From the NCBI GenBank assembly GCA_965262115.1, contig OZ253496.1, positions 1,540,447 through 1,604,446 on the forward strand: DNA of 64,000 bases, written 5' to 3'. The notes beneath the pieces were generated by a model, which was given only the letters and a program-made list of their open reading frames with translations, did not search any database and had not been told where the DNA came from. The stretch is from Nitrospinales bacterium. Lineage in GTDB: Bacteria > Nitrospinota > Nitrospinia > Nitrospinales > VA-1. Positions 57,970 through 64,000 of this stretch are shown here, in pieces. Position 1 is the stretch's first letter. The number at the start of each line of letters is the position of its first letter. Made by a program: the position numbers and the translations under genes.

Positions 57970-60036
57970 ATGCCCGAGTTTTTTCTAGAAATTGGTTCTG
58001 AGGAAATCCCTTCAGGATATGTTCAGCCTGCCCTCGAATATATGCGTGAGGAGTTGGCGGCCTTTTTTGCTCGCAACCGGATTCAGGCCGAGATTCCGGA
58101 AATTCTGGGTACGCCCAGAAGGTTGGTGGTATCGGTCAAAGGAGTGCAGGCCTTGCAGGAAGATTGCGTGGATCTTTTTCATGGCCCCAGTGTCTCTGTG
58201 GCTTATGACGATCAGGGAAAACCCACCAAGGCGGCAATTGGGTTTGCCCGTAGTAAGGGTTTGGATGTTTCCGCCTTAACCCGGGAGAACACTGCAAAAG
58301 GAGAAGTGGTCTGCGCCCGTGTAGAAAAAAAAGGCCGCCCTACTCCTGACTATCTCAATGAATTCCTGCCGCAGTTCGTGGGCAATATCCCCTTTCCTAA
58401 AAAAATGCGCTGGCAAAACAAGACCCGCCCCTTCGCACGGCCTTTACATTGGATCACCGCAATATTTGATGGAAAGCCTTTGCAGTTCAGTTTTGATGGT
58501 ATTGGGTGTGGTGATTTTTCGCTGGGACATCGGTTTTTAAAACCCGATAAATTCCAGGTGAAAAACCTGGCCTCTTATTTAGAGGAGAGCGCCAACCATT
58601 TTTTAATGGTCGACCCGGAGCTAAGGAAACAGAAAATTCTTGAGCAGGTGCAAAACCTCGCCCAAGAGGCAGGAGGGTTGGTGGAAGATGACCCGGACTT
58701 ATTGAATACCGTCAATTATCTGGTGGAGTATCCGATAGCCATTCGGGGAGATTTTGATGCCGATTTTCTGGAATTGCCCAAGGAGCTATTGGTGATGACG
58801 ATGAAGTACCACCAGAAATATTTTCATGTCTCTGATGGAAAAGGAAATTTACTGCCCTGCTTTATCACGATCAGCAATATGCCTGAAGGTCCTAAAATAA
58901 AAAGTGGCAACGAGCGGGTTTTGCGTGCCCGGTTGGAGGACGCCAGGTTCTTCTATAATGAAGATAAAAAGAAAAAGCTGGATGATTTTGTGGACGCATT
59001 AAAAGGCGTTGTGTTCCAGAAAAAACTGGGAACGCTGTATGAAAAAATGGAAAGAATTTGCGGTCTTGCCGGAGTTTTGTCCGCTCATGTCTGTCCGGAT
59101 AAGAAATCCCAGGCACTGAGAGCCGGGCGTTTATGCAAGGCCGATCTGGTGACCCTGATGGTTTATGAGTTTCCGGAATTGCAGGGCATCATGGGCGGAT
59201 ATTATGCGTCCCATTCTGGAGAGGCGCCCGAAGTCTCGCAGGCGGTCCAGGAACATTACCGTCCTGCTTTTGCCGGAGATGCTCCTCCCGAAAGTGAGTT
59301 GGGAGCAGTCATCGCAGTTGCGGACAAGCTCGATACTATTTTAGGCTGTATCGGGGTGGGTTTGATCCCCACTGGTTCTGAAGACCCGTATGCTTTGAGA
59401 CGAAATGCACTGGGCATCATCCAGATTTTTCTTAATCGGGGTTGGCAGCTATCGCTGGACAGCCTGGTGGAAGAAGGTCTGCGCTTGGTGGGCTCGAAAC
59501 TCAAACTGGAACCCGAAGCCATTAAAAATCATGTGATGGATTTATTTTCTCAGCGGTATAAAACCCATTTGAACGCCGAGGGGTTTCCTTATGACGCGAT
59601 TGATTGTGTGTTGTCCACGGGCCTGGATTCCATTGTCGATATCAGGAAAAAGGTTTCTGCTTTTTCCGATTTGAAGAAGCAACCCTATTTCGAACCTTTA
59701 GCCATTGCTTTTCGCCGGGTTGTCAGCATCCTCAATGATGAGGCTGAGGGCGAAGTGGATCCTGGATTGTTAAATGAACCTGCTGAAAAAAAATTGTTCG
59801 AAGCGTATTTGAAGGTTCGGGATCCGGTGTTCCGGCACATTCAAAACAAGGAATTTGATCAGGCTCTGGAAAAAATTGTAGAAATAAAACCTGCGGTGGA
59901 CGGTTTTTTTGATGAGGTCATGGTTATGGTGGAAGATGTTTCATTGCGTAATAACCGGCTTCACCTTCTGTATCAGATTTCCGGTCTTTTTTCGGGGCTT
60001 GCCGATTTTTCCCGGATCATTTTGAAAAAAGGTTGA
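57970..60036 (+). CDS. glyS: Glycine--tRNA ligase beta subunit
   Basis: 688-aa ORF (FLEIGSEEIPSGY..., TPRRLVV...). It is separated from glyQ by a 184-nt spacer. Confidence 0.95.
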   Translation: MPEFFLEIGSEEIPSGYVQPALEYMREELAAFFARNRIQAEIPEILGTPRRLVVSVKGVQALQEDCVDLFHGPSVSVAYDDQGKPTKAAIGFARSKGLDVSALTRENTAKGEVVCARVEKKGRPTPDYLNEFLPQFVGNIPFPKKMRWQNKTRPFARPLHWITAIFDGKPLQFSFDGIGCGDFSLGHRFLKPDKFQVKNLASYLEESANHFLMVDPELRKQKILEQVQNLAQEAGGLVEDDPDLLNTVNYLVEYPIAIRGDFDADFLELPKELLVMTMKYHQKYFHVSDGKGNLLPCFITISNMPEGPKIKSGNERVLRARLEDARFFYNEDKKKKLDDFVDALKGVVFQKKLGTLYEKMERICGLAGVLSAHVCPDKKSQALRAGRLCKADLVTLMVYEFPELQGIMGGYYASHSGEAPEVSQAVQEHYRPAFAGDAPPESELGAVIAVADKLDTILGCIGVGLIPTGSEDPYALRRNALGIIQIFLNRGWQLSLDSLVEEGLRLVGSKLKLEPEAIKNHVMDLFSQRYKTHLNAEGFPYDAIDCVLSTGLDSIVDIRKKVSAFSDLKKQPYFEPLAIAFRRVVSILNDEAEGEVDPGLLNEPAEKKLFEAYLKVRDPVFRHIQNKEFDQALEKIVEIKPAVDGFFDEVMVMVEDVSLRNNRLHLLYQISGLFSGLADFSRIILKKG

Positions 60037-60126
60037 AAACCCTTTTACCATCGGATAGTCTGGCTCACTCCACTTGCAGGCTGTTTTAGCCCCTGTTTTC
60101 AGTTGGTTGAGAGGCCAGGTTTTTTT

Positions 60127-62757
60127 ATGACACAGAAATATGTTTATGCCTTCGGCGATGAAAACTCCGAAGGCAAAGCAGGAATGAAAGACCTCTTGGG
60201 AGGGAAAGGTGCCAACCTTGCTGAGATGGCCTCGCTGGGAATACAAGTCCCCCCCGGATTCACCATAAGCACAGAAGCCTGTGTTTACTATTTCAAACAC
60301 AAAAATACGTTCCCTTCTAAATTGTGGGATGAAGTTCTTACCCGTCTGAAAGACCTGGAAAAGACTCTGGGAAGAAAATTTGGCGACCCGGTCAATCCTC
60401 TTCTTGTTTCGGTGCGATCAGGAGCAAGGGTTTCCATGCCCGGGATGATGGATACTGTGCTGAACCTGGGGCTGAATGATATAGCCACCAAAGGTTTGGC
60501 CAAGAGCACCAGGAACGAGTGGTTTGCCCTCGACTCGTATCGCCGTTTCATTTCCATGTTCGGGGATGTGGTGCTGGGGGTTCCTGGAGAGCGGTTCGAG
60601 GCCATCCTCACCAAGAAAAAATTAAAACGTAAAATCGAATTTGATACGGAATTTACCATTCAGGAGTTGAAAGCGCTCATCCGGCAATTCAAAGCTTTGG
60701 TGGTTCGAGTGACGGGGGAAGAGTTTTCAGAAGACCCTATGCAACAGCTGCGCATGGCGATTGAGGCAGTGTTCAATTCCTGGAACACGGATCGTGCGCG
60801 AACGTATAGAAGACTGCATGGAATTCCGCACGAATGGGGCACGGCGGTCACTGTCCAGTCCATGGTGTTTGGCAACATGGGGGAGACTTCCGCCACCGGT
60901 GTTGCGTTCACTCGCAACCCGGCCACAGGGGAAAAGAAATTCTATGGCGAATACATGATCAATGCTCAGGGTGAGGATGTTGTCGCGGGAGTCCGGACGC
61001 CCAGCTCAATCGAAATGCTGGAGCAGGACATGCCGGAGGTGTATCAGGATCTGGTGAAGGTTTACCAGAAACTGGAAAACCATTACAAGGATATGCAGGA
61101 TCTGGAGTTCACCATTGAAAACCAGAAACTGTTTTTATTGCAGACGCGGTCTGGCAAACGCACGGCTGCCTCGGCCATCAAAGTGGCGATTGATATGGTG
61201 AATGAGGGGTTGATCAGTAAACGGGAAGCCCTGATGCGTGTTCCGGCAAACCAATTGGATCAAATCTTTCATCCGATGATTTCCCCCAAGGCGAAATTGA
61301 AATTGCTGGGCCAGGGTTTGGGCGCCTCCCCCGGTGCGGCCGCAGGGAAAATTGTATTCACTCCCGAGCGTGCCCAGGAAATGGCTGAGAAAAAAGAAAA
61401 AGTTATTCTTGTCCGCATGGAGACATCGCCGGAAGATATTCATGGAATGAGTGTGTCGCAGGGAATACTGACCGCCAAGGGGGGCATGACTTCACATGCC
61501 GCAGTGGTGGCCCGGGCCATGGGCAAGCCTTGTGTTTCCGGAGTCAGCACCCTGGATGTTAACGTGAAAAGAAAAAAATGTACGCTTGGGGATGTCCAGC
61601 TAAAGGAGATGGATTCGATCACTCTGGATGGAGCGACAGGCAGGGTGATCCAGGGGGCGGCGCCTTTAATCCAGTCCAGGCTGACCAGTAACTTCACGCG
61701 CATGATGACCTGGGCGGGGGAAGTCCGATCTCTACAAATTCTGGCCAATGCTGATACCCCGCACGATGCATTGATGGCGCGGGATTTTGGAGCGCAGGGG
61801 ATCGGGTTGTGCCGTACGGAACATATGTTTTTTGATGAGGAACGCATTTTCCTGGTACGCAAAATGATCGTTGCCGAGGACGGCAAAGTTCGCGACGAGG
61901 CCTTGAAGAAACTGCTTCCCATCCAACGCGGGGATTTTACCGAAATTTTTAAGGTTATGGATGGGCTTCCGGTCACGGTGCGGTTGCTGGATCCTCCTTT
62001 ACACGAATTTCTGCCCAATTCCCCGGCGGACATTAAAAACCTGGCCAGGGAGATGAAAGTGTCGCCAGCGGCTTTGGGTAAGAAAATCGAAACGATGAAG
62101 GAAGTCAACCCCATGCTTGGGCATCGCGGTTGTCGGCTTGGAATCACCTTCCCGGATATATACCGAATTCAGGTTCGAGCGATTGTTGAAGCGGCCTGCA
62201 GGCAGGCCAAAAAGGGCATTAAAGTTTTTCCGGAAATTATGGTGCCGCTTGTAGCGCATGTTAATGAATTCAAAATTGTTCGTGAACTCATTGTCGAAGT
62301 GGCTGAGGATGCGATTGAAAAAGCCGGTGTGGACCTGAATTATAAAATCGGTACCATGATCGAGCTCCCCCGGGCCGCCCTGACGGCAGATGAAATTGCG
62401 GTGGATGCGGATTTCTTTTCCTTTGGAACCAACGACCTGACACAGACCGCCTTTGGGCTCAGCCGGGATGATTCCGGAAGTTTTCTGAACGAATATCTCG
62501 ATAAAGGCCTGCTGACTCATGACCCGTTTGTGACGGTGGACCAGGAGGGGTTGGGTCAATTGATCAGTATCGCGGTTGAAAAAGGCAAAAAGGTCAAACC
62601 CAATATTCACTTGGGGGTGTGCGGAGAGCACGGAGGAGATCCCGCATCGATCAACTTTTTTAATAAATTAGGTTTGGACTACGTCAGTTGTTCCCCTTAT
62701 CGGGTTCCCACTGCCATACTCGCCGCTGCCCAGGCCGTTATTCAGGAAGACAGTTAA
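60127..62757 (+). CDS. ppdK: Pyruvate, phosphate dikinase
   Basis: The start is taken at ATG 60127 (MTQKYVYAFGD...GGKGANLAEM). Phosphohistidine motif GGMTSHAAVVARAMG and PEP-utiliser C-terminal domain. Confidence 0.95.
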   Translation: MTQKYVYAFGDENSEGKAGMKDLLGGKGANLAEMASLGIQVPPGFTISTEACVYYFKHKNTFPSKLWDEVLTRLKDLEKTLGRKFGDPVNPLLVSVRSGARVSMPGMMDTVLNLGLNDIATKGLAKSTRNEWFALDSYRRFISMFGDVVLGVPGERFEAILTKKKLKRKIEFDTEFTIQELKALIRQFKALVVRVTGEEFSEDPMQQLRMAIEAVFNSWNTDRARTYRRLHGIPHEWGTAVTVQSMVFGNMGETSATGVAFTRNPATGEKKFYGEYMINAQGEDVVAGVRTPSSIEMLEQDMPEVYQDLVKVYQKLENHYKDMQDLEFTIENQKLFLLQTRSGKRTAASAIKVAIDMVNEGLISKREALMRVPANQLDQIFHPMISPKAKLKLLGQGLGASPGAAAGKIVFTPERAQEMAEKKEKVILVRMETSPEDIHGMSVSQGILTAKGGMTSHAAVVARAMGKPCVSGVSTLDVNVKRKKCTLGDVQLKEMDSITLDGATGRVIQGAAPLIQSRLTSNFTRMMTWAGEVRSLQILANADTPHDALMARDFGAQGIGLCRTEHMFFDEERIFLVRKMIVAEDGKVRDEALKKLLPIQRGDFTEIFKVMDGLPVTVRLLDPPLHEFLPNSPADIKNLAREMKVSPAALGKKIETMKEVNPMLGHRGCRLGITFPDIYRIQVRAIVEAACRQAKKGIKVFPEIMVPLVAHVNEFKIVRELIVEVAEDAIEKAGVDLNYKIGTMIELPRAALTADEIAVDADFFSFGTNDLTQTAFGLSRDDSGSFLNEYLDKGLLTHDPFVTVDQEGLGQLISIAVEKGKKVKPNIHLGVCGEHGGDPASINFFNKLGLDYVSCSPYRVPTAILAAAQAVIQEDS

Positions 62758-62802
62758 ACGCTGGGTTTTATGTGGGACGAGTGAAATGCCGGGAAAAAGG
62801 TT
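62734..62802. repeat. 69-bp direct repeat, left copy (ppdK 3' end plus 45 nt downstream)
   Basis: GCCGTTATTCAGGAAGACAGTTAAACGCTGGGTTTTATGTGGGACGAGTGAAATGCCGGGAAAAAGGTT is identical to 63882-63950. Confidence 0.95.
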
Positions 62803-62918
62803 CCGATTATATTCGTTCCAACGTTTCCTTATGGCCGCTTCAGGGATTTGTCTCTCTTGATCCTAACGGGTCAATTCACCCCAGGATATTTATACAAAGA
62901 TGGAAAAGAGAGGGGGAG

Positions 62919-62946
62919 TTGACAGGTGTTGTCATAAGTGACAACA
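62919..62946 (+). promoter_or_regulatory. Candidate promoter and operator of the toxin-antitoxin cassette
   Basis: TTGACA (62919-62924) is followed by the perfect palindrome TGTTGTCA-TAAG-TGACAACA (62927-62946), ending 7 nt before the toxin ATG. Confidence 0.4.
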
Positions 62947-62953
62947 TGGTTTT

Positions 62954-63299
62954 ATGTTAGAGACTGAAAGAGATATTGAATGGATTGTTGCCGCTTTTAA
63001 GGAATTTAAAAAGTTTCCTGATTTTGCGAAACGAAAAATTCTTGTAGCTCTAACCGATGCGGCTAAAGGTACAACTGCCGATATTGCCAAACCTGAAAGG
63101 GCTAGGGGCAGGCATTTTTGAGGTGGCCCTGAAATACAGAACGGATGCTTATAGAACTGTGTATGCGGTTCAGTTTGATAAAAAAATATGGGTGGTGCAT
63201 GCGTTTAAGAAGAAATCGAAAAAGGTAATTAAAACCCCGAAAAAAGAGATTGATTTAATCAAGACTCGCATTAAGTTTTTAAAGGAGCAAAGGAAATGA
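62954..63299 (+). pseudogene. HigB/RelE-superfamily toxin (phage Gp49-like, DUF891-type), frameshifted
   Basis: The ATG at 62954 gives MLETERDIEWIVAAFKEFKKFPDF...ADIAKP. The frame then shifts to ...LKGLGAGIFEVALKYRTDAYRTVYAVQFDKKIWVVHAFKKKSKK..TPKKEIDL (ORF 63057-63299). There is one surplus nt near 63085-63090. Confidence 0.65.
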
Positions 63300-63637
63300 C
63301 CGATAAAAATGAAGATTTTGAAATCGTGCGCGGAAGTGGGAACGTTTTCCGCGATGTTGGGTTTCCCAATCCAGATGTGGAACAGGCCAAAGCACTTTTG
63401 AGCGCCGAAATTATTAAAGCCCTGAATAGCCGGAAATTATCCGTACGTAAAGCCCAGACTCTAACCAAAGTACAGGCCGCAGATTTTTCCCGCATCCGGA
63501 ACGCAGACCTTAAAAGATTTACTATAGACCGTTTGATGACTATTCTAAACAAGCTGGACCCTGAAATGGATGTCAAAATGGAGTTCAAAAGCGGCTCTAA
63601 AAAAAGACCCCCCTTGCAACAGGAAGCAGCTCTTTAA
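63296..63637 (+). CDS. HigA-like XRE-family HTH antitoxin
   Basis: 113-aa ORF overlapping the toxin by 4 nt (RGSGNVFRDVGFPNPDVEQAK...LSVRKAQTLTKVQAADFSRIRN), typical of antitoxins paired with Gp49-like toxins. Confidence 0.7.
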   Translation: MTDKNEDFEIVRGSGNVFRDVGFPNPDVEQAKALLSAEIIKALNSRKLSVRKAQTLTKVQAADFSRIRNADLKRFTIDRLMTILNKLDPEMDVKMEFKSGSKKRPPLQQEAAL

Positions 63638-63881
63638 CCAAGCTCCGGTGTGGCGCGGTAGATGACCGGTGGGATCGTACGACATCATATGCGAAAACGG
63701 CTCACTTGGAGAGTGATCGGGAAAAAGAAATTGATAAGGTAGAAAGTGTCTATGCTTCTTAACTAACTGCCCACTGATTCAGGGGAAGTTCACTTAACAG
63801 GAAAATGCTACTTTTAAACCGTACAACTTATGGGGAGAAGGTCATTAAGCTTTATTTTTGAGGAGGGTTCTATGAAGAAAA

Positions 63882-63950
63882 GCCGTTATTCAGGAAGACA
63901 GTTAAACGCTGGGTTTTATGTGGGACGAGTGAAATGCCGGGAAAAAGGTT
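63882..63950. repeat. 69-bp direct repeat, right copy
   Basis: Identical to 62734-62802. The sequence after it (GACTTCGTTTTTGCC...) is presumably the original ppdK downstream region. Confidence 0.95.
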
Positions 63951-64000
63951 GACTTCGTTTTTGCCGGTCACCATAATGAAAAATTCTTTAATTTGAAAGA

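Noticed and set aside
61440-62631. Minus-strand ORFs of 235 aa and 210 aa within ppdK
   Set aside because: They are antisense to a highly conserved enzyme gene and no domains were recognised.

Overview
Chromosomal window from a Gram-negative bacterium. By eye it has moderate G+C; the taxon cannot be assigned from sequence alone. The backbone is housekeeping: a TPP-riboswitch-controlled thiS-thiG-thiE-thiC operon, mlaEFD, a lolB-like/ispE/tRNA-Gln/prs/rplY/pth cluster, membrane pyrophosphatase hppA, futalosine-pathway mqnA, hisI-hisG, dusB, ribF, tRNA-Leu, mnmG, pfk, rimO, recN, apt, glyQS and ppdK. The unusual part lies between the genes. Almost every intergenic gap longer than about 100 bp is filled with short hairpin modules and two MITE-like families, sometimes nested. 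Several insertions sit exactly at gene 3' ends and are flanked by long duplications of that end: 36 bp at thiG/thiE and a perfect 69 bp at ppdK around a higBA-like cassette. Other accessory content: two DUF559 endonuclease genes each bracketed by 37-bp inverted repeats, a decayed IS1182-family element, an IS30 fragment, a low-GC type II R-M pair, and a high-GC island with a frameshifted autotransporter carrying G11 and C9 tracts. A partner-switching set (PP2C remnant, RsbW-like kinase, phosphorylatable STAS) lies directly upstream of mlaEFD. At least seven ORFs are split by 1-2 nt frameshifts, mostly at homopolymers. Sequencing error must be excluded before calling these pseudogenes or phase variation. 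No CRISPR array or rRNA was seen.
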